Positions 21,141 through 33,107 of a stretch of DNA of 64,000 bases are shown here, one piece after another (position 1 is the stretch's first letter; every line of letters begins with the position of its first letter). The notes beneath the pieces are model-generated. The model was not told where the DNA came from, ran no database searches, and saw nothing but the letters and a program-made list of their open reading frames with translations. The DNA comes from Zootoca vivipara. Lineage: Eukaryota. Position numbers and translations under genes: made by a program. Where the stretch lies: assembly GCF_963506605.1 (NCBI RefSeq), contig NC_083294.1:31186001-31250000 (forward strand), read 5' to 3'.

Positions 21141-22378
21141 TCACCCCCTATAAAGACCCCACCCCCAAGTTATAGGAGGGGGGAAAACATATTCAGGGCT
21201 CCCCATACCCTCGCAACACCTTCTTCGATGAAAATAGCGTCCCTCTATCCCATAATGATGATGATGATCACTAGGGACGTCGTAAGGAAAAGCGGGACAT
21301 TATGGGCTCAAATCGAGAAACCAGGATGGCTTCTTTGTAAATCCGGGGCTGTCCTTTGAAAATAGGGACACTTGGAGAGTCTGGGAGCTTGCACCCTTAA
21401 CAGCACGTTACTCTTCTCCAGTCCCACTGCTATCCCCTGTCTACTTCAACCCACCCCCCTTAACCCCAATGAGCACCTTCAAGAACATATGGAAAGAGAT
21501 ATCCCAGTACTAAAGCAGCCCCTTCAACCCAGACCCCCCATTTCTTTTCTTGCAGCTCAGAATTCTTCCTTCCCCCCACTTTGCAGTGGCCCTGAGCCCC
21601 AGGCAGCCTTCTGCCAAGGAGGTGTAGGAAAGAACCCCCTGCAAGAGTTGCTCTTTTTCTCCAAACCCACAGTTATTCACTGCTGCACCACCTCATTTTC
21701 GTCGATGTCCCCAAAACTAAATGGCACCCCCAAGAAAGCCTTGGAAAGAGATTCTCCAACCCTGCAACAGTTCTCCTTCCTTTCTATATCTTCCCCCCCA
21801 GCTCAGAACTCTTCCTTGGTCATCCACACCTGTTGCCTCCACATTTGAGAGCTGTTTTTTCCACCCAGCAGAATGTGGGGTGCATGGTTAAGCCATGGTA
21901 CTTCTAATTCATGTAGGGCATGACTATTCATGGATGCTAGCCATGATGGCAATGCTTGATATCTCCAAAACCAGAGGCGGTATTGCTTCTGAATGCCAAT
22001 TGCTGGAAACTGCAGGAGGGTAGATGTGCTCTCATGCTTGGGACCTGCTTGCAGGATTCACACAGGCACCTGCACCTGGTTGGCCACTGTGAGAACAGGA
22101 TGCTTGACTAAATGGCCACTGTCCTGACCCACCAGGCCCTTCTTTCATTCTTAAGGTCCCAAACAAGATTTCCTCTGCCTGCCTTCTGCCTTGAGACCCT
22201 AAGTTTTCTTACCCTTTTCTTCAAAGCTCCTTTACTACTGTGTTTCTCACAAAATAAGACACCGTCTTATATTTATTTATCCTCCAAAAAACACACCACG
22301 ACTTATTTTCAGGGGATGTCTTATTTTTTTTGTTAAGCTTTTTAATTTTTTACCGGTATTAAGCTTTCAGAGAGTTTT

Positions 22379-22473
22379 GCTGGGTCAGGGCTCGGCGCGG
22401 CGCGCGCTGCTGTCTTTGCCGGGTCCCGCTGGGTCAGGGCTCGGCGCGGCGCGCACTGCTGTCTTTGCCGGGT
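22379..22473. repeat. Tandem duplication of a ~49-bp GC-rich unit
   Basis: GCTGGGTCAGGGCTCGGCGCGGCGCGC.CTGCTGTCTTTGCCGGGT occurs twice. Confidence 0.85.
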
Positions 22474-24703
22474 GGTTAAATGATACATTTTAATACACTT
22501 AAACGGGGCAATTTCAAATCAGCTTTGATGTGGAAAGCTCCATGCTTTGCATGGAGAAGGTCCCCAGGCTAGCCTCTGGCATTTCCTGTATCAGCATGGG
22601 AAACTGCCACTTAAGACTAGCAGCTTTGGTCTAGATCAGGTATCTTCAGCCTTTTCAGGCCCAGGGTCCACCTTCAACCCAAATAGCATTTGGGGACCCA
22701 TTTCCTACTTTTTTACTATATATTTGCATGGTGGTAATGCTCCTTTTGTGACCCACCTTGGAAAACGGCACAATTCACTAGTGGATCCCAACCCACCAGT
22801 TGAAGACCAGTGATCTAGATGGACTGATCATCTGACTTTGTATATGACAGTATTAAACCAGATCCATGCACAAGGCAAGGCAAGCACCTGTAGTACTCAA
22901 TGATATCTATTTCCCCTCCCCAAATAATATGGTTTCCAGCTGTCCTGATTTAATTCATCTCTGATATAGGAGTCATCCATTGGATAGTCTCTTGCAAAGC
23001 ATTCTTTGCACAAAAAAACAGATATTGTATAATGGCTCAGAGATTGAACTACAAACCCGGTGCTTAATCAGCCTCAGCCCCTTCGCTCACCTGATGTGTA
23101 AGGAGAATGACTGACTTTGCAGAGTTCTCTCAGTAAGATACTGCATACTAGGTTCTTTGAATGTTCCAATTATTTGTCAAAATACTAATATTAAATATTA
23201 TTCAACATGCATGTCATTACTTCTTTGGTTGTGCCCTGTCTATGGTCCTTTAAAAATGCTTCTATTTTGGAGTCAATGTATGACTCCATACTAGTAACCA
23301 CCAAAAAAGCTGAGTATCATCTGATTTCTGAACTTTTTTGCCTCTGGCAACTGTGGCAAACATAGTGCCATCCAGATATTTTAAGATAACAACTCCCATC
23401 ACCCTTGCCCATTATCATGCTGTCTGGGAATTTGAAGTCCATAACACCTGGATGATACCACATTCAATTCTAATCCAACCTAGACAGATGTCAGTGGTCA
23501 GGGATGCTAGGAGTTGTAATCTTCAATACCAGGAAAGAACCATGTTGGGCTACCCTTGCTATAGGTAAACAAATTATTGCCTGCAGATAAGTTGATCCTC
23601 AGCTATAGAGAGAGAGAGAAGTTACGTGGGATGGGGAAGAGTTCAGGGGAAGAGTTCAAGGGAATTATTATTATTATTATAGATCTACAGACATTTTCCT
23701 TTTCTTAACTGTTTTTTTCTGCATTTATGTTTAGTTTTTTTGAATGGTACAAGTTTTTATAAACGTTTGTGTGAAGCAAGAAGAGGAGAGATGGCAACTA
23801 CAAGTAATGCATTTGTTTCTTTTATGATACTCTGGTGTTGGCTCTGTAGTTCTTTCTAGAAGAAGGATCTAAATGCAAATATTATTCCCGCCTTTCTGAA
23901 ATTATCCGAAAGAGAACTGCAAGCCTTTGGAGTGTGATTAGGGGAATGGAGGGGGTGGACCGGACCAAAAAAATTGATGAGCTACTGTGTTTTGAGATCT
24001 GTAGCCTTTTACACATGTCACATCAATTGCCAACTTTATATAAGGTTTTACTGTCACTAGTTTTACTTGCCACCCAGTCAGCACCCAATTGGCAAACCCC
24101 TCCCTTCACCATAAATGGCAGGATCTCTACTCCAATGGCTGCATTCTCTTCATGCTTCAAACAGTAATCTTATACTGTATGATTCCTGCATTTCTTTGAT
24201 CTTGTGTGTTGTCTGTGATCAAATCTGATTTTCTACACTGCTTATCACACCTTATTTGAAAGAGCTAAGAATGACTTTTCCAGAGGATTGGGTGGGGAAG
24301 AAGAGGGAGGCTTTTGCTAGCTTGATTCTGCTCTTTATCTCAAAGCTGTTGAGTTTTGCCCTGCCGTAGGACTGAAACTGCGGCTCAGAGTAAGTTGTGG
24401 AGAAACCAGACCGTAGTGGCTATGTGGGCAAACCCTTCTGCTTTCACCATCTTGCCTTTTATTTCTTAAGCTGCCAGTTGCATCTGTGGCTTTATTGTCC
24501 AGAATATGCTTTTCATGTGTGGTGCAAGTTCTCTAGTTCCCTCAAATAAGGTGCTTCTGAGCAGAATGCATTTGGGTGTACTGCTGCTTTGTGGCTATTA
24601 GCAACACAGCAGGTTGGATAACAAAGGTTGAGAGAAGCTACTGTTAGGCCAACAGGTAACCATGATTTCTCTTCTCTTGTTCCCTGAAACACAAGAACCA
24701 AAG

Positions 24704-24769
24704 ATGAGCAAGAACAAAGATGATGCTCCCCATGAATTGGAGAGCCAGTTTATACTGAGACTGCCTCCG
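24704..24769 (+). CDS. TAF7: TAF7 coding exon 1
   Basis: MSKNKDDAPHELESQFILRLPP|gtaaga. Confidence 0.93.
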
Positions 24770-27700
24770 GTAAGAGACCCTTTACAACAAATAGCTTCGA
24801 AGTGCTCTGTGTTTGCTTCCTGATTCTGTTGCTGGAGGCATGAATACGGGTTGGTACAGTGGTACCTCTACTTATGGATGTGATCCGTTCCAGGGTGCCG
24901 TTCGCACCCCAAAAAGTCTGTAAGTAAAGTGTTGCTTCTGTGCATGCGCGTAACATGATAAAGCGCTCCTGCGCATGCGCAAAGTGGCAAACCCAGAAGT
25001 AAACACTTCCAGGTTTGCCACATTCGTATCCTGAAAAAAAAACGCAACGTGAAGCGAATGCAGCTTGAGGTATGACTATTGTAAACTCTGCCTTTTCAGG
25101 AACATGCTTCTACTGTGCGGAGGGCAGTCCAGTCTGGAAGTGTCAACTTGAAGGACAGGCTCACCATTGAATTGCATGGTAAGAGGACCAGGTCAATGAG
25201 TTCTTATTTCTTGGGAGTTGTATCCAGTGCTAGTCCTGCTCAAAGTAGACCCACTGAAATGAATGGAAATGGCTAACTTAGGCCCATTAATTTCAGTGAG
25301 TCTAGTCTGAGTAAAACTTAATCGGCTAGAACACTTGGCTTTTGTTGTTACACATTGATTACTTTAAGCTATTCATCAGGTCCTGTAGTACGGAATGCAC
25401 AATCATTAGGAAGCTATTGGATGGGGCTACATGAAATTGCTAGGGAGGGAGAGGGATTGTTCTGCCACTGATGCCTCCACACTCTCTAAAAGCTGTGGAA
25501 AAGTTGAATTAAAGTGTTTTCTGTAAATGGGGGTAGTACAACTGGTCTTTTCTCCTGTCTATACACCAGGAAGTTACGGTAATACGGTATATCTAATCCA
25601 CGGTCCCACCTGTAATGTTGGTTTCCACATGCATGAATATCACTTGATTTGATTGGCTGTTCAGTAGATGACTTTTGTGTTTGAGGTTACATGAGGGTTA
25701 TTTTAATGATCCATTCACATTTGCAAGTTATCACTGAATGTTGCAGTAATCAAAGTTCTGCACAGTAAGCCAGTATTATTTTTTTGTTATAAAAGAAAAC
25801 ATGATTGAGATGTACAGGTGTCCTCCAACTTAATGTGTGATCGACTCATGTGTGACTGCATATATGCACAGCACTGGGAAATAATTCAATAATTCAAAGG
25901 AGGGGGTTGGAGAGTCCTCGTGGCTCACAAGGAGACCCTTTATGGAGCCTGAAGATGATGCCAGTGAGGGCAGAGGAAGCCCCGAAGAGTCCGGAAGCAC
26001 AGTGGGGCTTTGTTCTGGCTGCTCAGGCTCCTTGTCTAACAGCCGACATGTGGGGTAGCTCAGGAGCAGCAGCCTCTTTCCCATGCAGCCTCTAGCTGAC
26101 CTGACCCCAGAATGTCAATTCTAGTTGTGCATATTTTTGGAATGAGAGGGAGTTTAGAGGGTGCTCCACACTTCGTATAAATCATATAATTTCACTTATT
26201 TGTGCTGGGGCCTGGAAGCAACCCCCTGTATAAAATGATGCAGATACAGAGAAGTTTTTCTCACTCTCTCATAGAATTTGGCATCCAGTGGAGCCAAATG
26301 TTGAGAGTACAGACAAAAGGAACAACTTCTTCACATAATTTATAGTTAATAGTTTATAGTTACTGTGTACAGTGATACCTCTAGATACAAACTTAATTCG
26401 TTCCGGAGGTCCGTTCTTAACTAGAGGTGTGCTTTCGCTAATGGGACCTCTTGCTGCCACTGCACCACCGGCACACGATTTCTGTTCTCATCCTGGGGCA
26501 AAGTTCTCAACTAGAGGTACCTCTTCCAGGTTAGCGGAGTATGTAACTTGAAGCGTTTGTAACCTGAGGCGTTTGTAACTCAAGGTACCGGTGTAATTCG
26601 CTACCCCAAGATGTAGTGATGGCCAACAACTAAGATGACTTTAAAAGGGAATTGGACAAATTCATGGCTTCTGGTGGCTGCTAGTTCTGATGGCTACATT
26701 GCCTCCGATATCAGAAGCAGTATGCCTCTGAATACCAGTGGATGAAGAACACAAGCAGGAGATAATTTCACTCATGCCTCTGGGCAACCATTGAGGCAAA
26801 TAGGAAACTGGGCTAGATATGCCTTTGGTCTGATCCAGCAGGGTTCTTATGAAGTAGTCTACATGCATACATGTTAAACATGGCAGACAGAATCGTGTTC
26901 TGAATTCCTAATAAGATACCATGAATCTTCAAGTGCAACCCTACTTTCCTCTCTGCAGCAGATGGCCGCCATGGGATTGTGCGAGTAGATCGGGTCCCAT
27001 TAGCCGCCAGGCTGGTAGACTTGCCTTGTATCACAGAGAGTTTAAAAACCATCGATAAGAAGACTTTCTATAAGACAGCAGATATTTGCCAAGTAAGTAT
27101 TGTCTCATGGTCTGGATATCAGACTTTCCCGGTCCCCTCTGTGTCTTTGTACACAGTCTTAATTTTGCCCCCACTCTCATTTCCATGCTAGAAGCACTGG
27201 ATGTTCCACAGTGTAAAACATTTACACCCAATTTTGAGTGTGAGAAATTCCTTACAGGTGGCTGTTCCCCCAAAGCAGGAAAATTGAATGGTCTTAGAGA
27301 TGCTTGTGCCAAATACTGTTGGTGACAAAATGGTTGGTTGTCTCCTTTTCTCAGTGCTTTCATATCCAACCAGTGCTGGCTTCAGATTTTAGTCAGTCAT
27401 CAGGCACAATGATCTCGATTGGGCCCTTATCTCCATGAGTTCAAGAATTCAAATACCAAAATAATAGGAAGGTACAAATATTAAACAAAACAAAACCATA
27501 CTGAAACTTCAGGTTGCTACATCCATAGCCATAGAATAATGTGAAGAAATGTGTAATAATAAAGTTATTAGAGCCTTCAGGTACCCAACAGTGCGAATCC
27601 CTGACATCGACCTTGCATATAACAGTTGCCTCTCTTTGTGGGGATTCAGATGCTTGTGTGCACTGTGGATGGTGAACTATACCCTACTCAGGAAGAGCCA

Positions 27701-30700
27701 GCTCCGGCCACTACTGATGTTAAAACTCCTTCAAGTACCGATGTCAAAGCCAATAAGAAGAAAGACAAAGACAGAGAGAAGAAGTTCCTCTGGAATCATG
27801 GCAGTGAGTAGAATAACTATATTTCACTTCACCTTCCTTACTCGACTTTGTGCCCGCTTCCCACTCTACCACCAGAAAAGTCCCTTCCACTGATCGTCAA
27901 GGAGGAGTATTGTTTGCCAATACAATACGACCAAGATTCACCCTCACTCATCTCTTTGGTTTCTTCCAAATCCGGGAGCTGCCATTAACTGTTCTCGCCT
28001 TTGCTGCCTAGCTCACTGATCAGGGAGAGATCCAGTTCCCCTTAGTAAGTCACAATGCCTTTCGGCTCTCCCTTTTGCCCCAAGTAATTAATTTGCTGTG
28101 ATGTTCCAGTTACTCTCCCACTGAAGAATGTGAGGAAGAGGCGGTTCAGGAAGACAGCTAAGAAGAAGGTGAGTTGCATCTCCTTGTTTGGTGTTAGGTT
28201 TGAATCGTTGCTCACACATGCTGTGGCATAAAGCCAACCACAGTGCAAACTGAAGCAGGCTAAAAGTTACACCAAATCAGATGAACGTTCAACAGTCTGG
28301 CATGATTTCATCACTCCATTGACAAGAAAGACAACAACAGAGGGTCACCAGCACAGTTGTATCTCCGTCTAGAACTCTCAATGAATGCATATTTGACAGC
28401 TTGCCATAGTTAATTAAACCCATAAGAAGGACCTGAGCTCAATAGCCTGTTTTCATTTATGATTCCTAGCAACTGGTATTCAGAAGCAGATATGTCTCTG
28501 ATACTGGAGGTAATATATAGCCTTCATGAGTAGTAGCCATAGTTTCAAAAGATGCACTTTGCACCAAATATTCTTATAGGGAAAATCCCACTGTAGGTCA
28601 TTCTGGTTTCTTAAAAAACAAAGAGAAATCGCATGTCCTTGACTGACAAAATGTAATAATCCAGTCATTAGGAACAGACTGACCAGTCTTCTGTGGTCTG
28701 TTTTGTTGTTGCTGTTTTTCAAGTGGAATTCCCATTATTCACTGATTTATGTTTTTCAGTGTATAAAATAAGGGATATTTTAAGGCAGCTTCCCCCAACC
28801 CAGTGCCCTCCACGTGTTTTGAACTTGTACTCCCATCCTTACCAGCCCAGGTAACCAATGGTCAGGGATGATGGGAGTTGCAAGAGAGAGTGGGGGCGGG
28901 GGCGGCACTATGTTGGGGAAGGCTATGTGCTAATAATGTGTGCTACATGATCCTGAATATGCAGATCTAAAAACCGTAAGAAGTTCCTTGCTGGAACAGA
29001 CCAAGGTCTGACTTACCCAGCATTCTTTGTGAGAATCTGAGCAATCAGGAAGCACTAAGTGATTTGCCATGAATTGTCCTCCCTGGTCTGCTGGTAGACC
29101 ACAGTCTCCTTTCCACCCATCTCCATTTTAAGGCCTTTGAAGAAGAAGTTATGACTTGCTTGGAATAATTGCAGGAATCTTACAGGGTGGCTCAGGAATG
29201 CCTTTGAAAATGGCGGTGGAAAGGTTGCAGGTGTGTCTGTGGCATCTGGTAGGAATGACACTTTGGTCTGAGGCACAACCAACTTGTGGGTGCGTAATAT
29301 TGTTTTTCTTTCTTTCTTCCTCTCTGGCCCAGTACATTGAGTCTCCAGATGTGGAAAAGGAAGTGAAGCGCCTGCTGAGCACAGATGCTGAAGCTGTCGG
29401 AGTCCGTATCCTTTCTTTCTAGTTTTTTTTTTTATGTAGACCAGTTTGCCATCCTTGCCTGAATACACAAGTGCTGAACGTATGTTTGGGGGCAGAGGTA
29501 TCCCACAATCTTGACCCCAGCAAGCATTGAATGCTTGTCCTCGCATGCATTGTGTGTCTCCTCCCATCCTCCACACTCGTGTCTTTCTGCATGTTGCTCT
29601 GGTTAGGCCACCTGATGGTGGCTGTTGTTCTTTTTTGCATTTGTATGAGTGCAAGTAGAATTCTGTGTATGGCAAAGACCCAGAGTGGAGGGGTCTGCTT
29701 GCATCTGACTGAATGTGAGCAGACATATCCTGGTGGCATCTTTCTTGGGATTTATGGCACATACAGAGGCTAGTCCATTAGGGCACCTTGGGCACTGCCT
29801 CGCTAACTGCCCTCAGCCTGCCCTCAGCTGGCCACATCTGCTTGCCTTGCTATTTTCATCCAGTCTGAAAAGTGGAATTGGCTGTCAGCTTCCTCTTTCT
29901 CAGTCTCAGTATTGCCCTTGTAAAACTCAGCAAGGAGGAGGGTGGGAACAGAAGCAGAGTTATTGGCTCCACCTATCCTTGTCTCTGGCTTTACCTACTG
30001 TTCATCTCCCTACCTTCTGCCCCACTAGTTCCAGTAGGTGCCAGCCACCACTGCGTTGTACCATACCTGTTCAGGAAAGCAGTGTGTGCAAAAACCGAAC
30101 AGGTGTAGACATCAATGTGCTTCAGTGGAAAGCTGGAGAGTGTTTTCTAATCATCTAAAGAATATTGCTGTAGCATCAATTTACCAGCGCAGATTCCATT
30201 TTTCTAGGGGATGACTCCCTATTGAACTGGTTTTTCCTTGACTCTTCTGTACCTGTTCTGAGGCTGGGAGGTCATTGCCGAAGATGAAACAAAAGACCCT
30301 GACAACCATGGTTCACTCACAAGCCTGGATATTTCTTCTCCTGGGATGTCTGGACACAAACCAAGCCATGGTTCTGCAGGTATTGTCAAAATTCAGTAGC
30401 TCCCTAACTTAAAGGAAGAGTCGTAGATCATCTTGTATGCCAGAGTTTGAAGGTTCAGTCCCTGATATCTTATTAGGTATTTTGTGGTTTTATATCTTGG
30501 TTTTATTCTGTGAACCGCCCTGAGACCCCTGGTAAAGGTAAAGGACCCCTGACAGTTAAGTCCAGTCATGAACAACTCTGGGGTTGCGGCGCTCATCTCG
30601 CTTTACTGGCCAAGGAAGCCAACGTTTGTCCGCAGACAGTTTTTCCGGGTCATGTGGCTAGCATGACTAAGCTGCTTCTGGCGAAACCAGAGCAGTGCAT

Positions 30701-33107
30701 GGAAACACCGTTTACCTTCCCGCCGGAGCGATACCTATTTATCTACTTGAACTTTGACATGCTTTTAAACTGCTAGGTTGGTAGGAGCTGGGACTGAGAA
30801 ATGGGAGCTCACCCGTCGTGGGGATTCGAACCGCCGACCTTCCGATCGGCAAGCTCTAGGCTCAGTGGTTTAGACCACAGCACCACCCGCATTGGTATAT
30901 AAATTCAATAAATAAATAATAATAATAATCTCCAGTTAAAATGATCAGGAACCAAGTGATGAGAAAGACCCCCTTCTGCTTGAGTTCCTAGAGAGACACT
31001 GCCTTTCAAAGTGGACAGTCCTGAGCTAAATGAGCAAATAATCTGACCTAGTATAAGGTAGTTGCCTCTATTCATATTCCAACTTGTTGATGCTTACATT
31101 TCTAGATGCTTTCATGCAGATGGCTAAGTACAAAATATATTAACAGAAGCTTTTGGGTACAGTTTTCTGCCCCAGTGGGGTAGAGAGGAATTTCACCTGG
31201 CCTGGCAAGGAAGCTGGAGGTCTTTAAATTAAAACAGCGTCAAGGAGGCAATTTGTTACCATGCTAACCACAAGGTTAGCAGCACTTTTCTAGGATAATT
31301 TTCACTGTGTATATTGTAAACTATACTCTTCCCTTTTTCGTTGTTGCTTCAAAGCGATAGAACATGCTGAGCTCCGGGAGATGTTTAAGGATGTCAGCAG
31401 TACCAGCAGTGATGAGGAGGAGAGGGATGACCTGAACATCATGGACACAGAAGAAGACTTAGCGAGGAGACTGCAGGGCAAGCTGAATGAATCAGATGGG
31501 CGAGAGCAAGAAAATGAAGGGTCCAACCAGATAGGTATGATGCCTGAGACCCCCAGGGAGGGAGGCTGTGCAGTAGATGGGGTGGTCAACTTGAATGAGG
31601 AACTTATTCGGCTTGTGCCAGAATGTGCAGAGGAATGTTTGGCTTGTTTCTGGAAGTGCTTAGTTATCTGCTCTGTCTTCCAGCCATGGGAATCCAGAAG
31701 CAGATCGACAACCTGAAAGGCAAGTTGCAGGAGACCCAGGAGCGCAGAAAGCGCCAAGAAGATCTCATCATGAAAGTAGAGAACCTAGCCCTCAAGGTGA
31801 ATCCAGCACCACCACCCCTTGTCTAGAACCTAGAGAAAGTCTAATAGAAGCCTGCTCGGCTCAGCTGAGTTTGGCAGGTGTTTATAGCCAGTAGGCATCT
31901 CGTACAGCGGAGACAACAGTCCATATGGTGGTAGAGTACTGTATTTTTCCGTCTATAAGATGAGGTTTTTTACCCAATATTTTAGGTCTAAAAACGTGGG
32001 TCATCTTATCCATGGAATATAGCAGTTAAATATATAAATAAATAGGGAACTTGCTCTAGCAGTCGCTGCTCCTGGCAGTGGCGAGCTGTGGGGCCTCCGT
32101 ATTCTGTTTGCCTCCTCCCACTCTGCCCGCCCTACAGCTGGGAAGGAGGCTGTAGGCAGTCCGTTTTTGCCATTTCGCGTGGCTCCATTTGTGTGCGGGC
32201 GGCGCAATGTTACACAGGAGGAGCGCGGCGATTGAAGTAATATCCCCCCTCTGCACATTTAACATTGGCGAAACATCACGCCTTGCACTCCTCCTGTGTA
32301 ACCCGGACACAAATGGAGTCGCGCAAAGATGCCGCACACAAAAACCAAACAGATCACGCACTCAGCCTTCCTCTGCCTGTAGGGCGGGCAAAGTGGGAGG
32401 AGGCAAGCAGGTTGAGAATGCTCCATGGGAAAGGCACTTCCTCCCCAGTTGGCTGCGGTGACCGAAGATATCTCTCCCCTCCGCACCTATAGGGTGGGCA
32501 GAGTGGGAGGAGGCAAGCAGAATACTGTACGGAGGCTCCGCGGGAAAGATGAAAAGTGCTAAAAGTAATTGAAAAAAAAAGCTTCACTACTCTTTCCCCC
32601 CAAGAGCTCATCTCTGCCCTCCCCCCCAAGCTCAGTGATTGCTATATGTGTTGTGTTCTTTTGTTGGAGAATTACAGCAGCAATAGCCACATTTCCTGCC
32701 CATCTTATTTTCCAGACCCGCCTCCAAGCTGTGCTGGATGAATTCAAACAGCAGGAAGAGCGAGAGAAGCAGCAGGTAAGGTGGTCTGTAAGGCTGACAA
32801 ATGGGGAAAGGGCAGTACAGCTAAACCAGCTGCATCGTAAATCCACAAGCAATGCTAAAATCTTTTCCCCATGTGATAATGAACCATATTTTCCCAACTG
32901 TGAATTGAAAAGCTTTTTGTCATTTGAGAAAAATTAAGCTGTGCTCTCTGGTAAGATACAGTGTGAAATGCTTGCCAGTAGCTGAACTGTCAGGTTCTCT
33001 GGTTGGGACCATTTCAAGTAACAATAACATATTTTGTCTCTCTACATTCTGTTTCTCTTCAGCTGGCCTCCCTTCAAGAGCAGCTAGAAGCCCTTATGGA
33101 AAAGTGA
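24704..33107 (+). CDS. TAF7: TFIID subunit 7, intron-containing TAF7/TAF7L-locus gene (~359 aa), spliced: 24704-24769, 25100-25178, 26959-27092, 27650-27803, 28110-28168, 29333-29405, 30263-30379, 31355(or 31361)-31534, 31684-31796, 32716-32775, 33063-33107
   Basis: The protein reads MSKNKDDAPHELESQFILRLPP/EHASTVRRAVQSG..DGRHGIVRVDRVPL..KTIDKKTFYKTADICQ/..WNHG/ITLPLKNVRKRRFRKTAKKK/YIESPDVEKEVKRLL..R/WEVIAEDETK../MGIQKQIDNLKGKLQETQ..ENLALK/..LEALMEK*. The frame is continuous over 11 exons (1080 nt). The gene sits at the TAF7L syntenic position. AATAAA at 33666. Confidence 0.95.
24857..25078. mobile_element. Tigger-like MITE
   Basis: CAGTGGTACCTC...GAGGTATGACT ends. Confidence 0.7.
25100..25178 (+). 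CDS. TAF7: TAF7 coding exon 2
   Basis: EHASTVRRAVQSGSVNLKDRLTIELH, ag/gtaag. Confidence 0.93.
26370..26592. mobile_element. Tigger-like MITE
   Basis: CAGTGATACCTC...AAGGTACCGGTG; same family as 5684. Confidence 0.7.
26959..27092 (+). CDS. TAF7: TAF7 coding exon 3
   Basis: DGRHGIVRVDRVPL..TADICQ; NAGNAG acceptor. Confidence 0.92.
27650..27803 (+). CDS. TAF7: TAF7 coding exon 4
   Basis: MLVCTVDGELYP..KKFLWNHG. Confidence 0.92.
28110..28168 (+). CDS. TAF7: TAF7 coding exon 5
   Basis: ITLPLKNVRKRRFRKTAKKK. Confidence 0.93.
29333..29405 (+). CDS. TAF7: TAF7 coding exon 6
   Basis: YIESPDVEKEVKRLLSTDAEAVGV, followed by the U12 donor gtatccttt. Confidence 0.92.
29406..30262 (+). other. U12-type (minor spliceosome) GT-AG intron
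   Basis: 5' splice site GTATCCTTT; branch site TCCTTGAC at 30235-30242, 20 nt upstream of the 3' AG. Confidence 0.88.
30263..30379 (+). CDS. TAF7: TAF7 coding exon 7
   Basis: RWEVIAEDETK..LDISSPGMSGH. Confidence 0.92.
30531..30890 (-). mobile_element. Sauria SINE
   Basis: (ACCTTT)n tail and tRNA-like head GGTGGTGCTGTGGTCTAAACCAC..GGTTCGAATCCC; paralogous to the copy at 46949. Confidence 0.85.
31355..31534 (+). CDS. TAF7: TAF7 coding exon 8 (alternative in-frame acceptor at 31361)
   Basis: EHAELREMF..DTEEDL..KLNESD..ENEGSNQI. Confidence 0.88.
31684..31796 (+). CDS. TAF7: TAF7 coding exon 9
   Basis: MGIQKQIDNLKGKLQETQERRKRQEDLIMKVENLALK. Confidence 0.93.
32716..32775 (+). CDS. TAF7: TAF7 coding exon 10
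   Basis: TRLQAVLDEFKQQEEREKQQ|gtaag. Confidence 0.92.
33063..33107 (+). CDS. TAF7: TAF7 last coding exon
   Basis: LASLQEQLEALMEK*. Confidence 0.92.
   Translation: MASLQEQLEALMEK

Noticed and set aside
29055-29762. 235-aa antisense ORF across TAF7 exon 6
   Set aside because: No motif or homology I can recognise; it is antisense to a real exon and intron.
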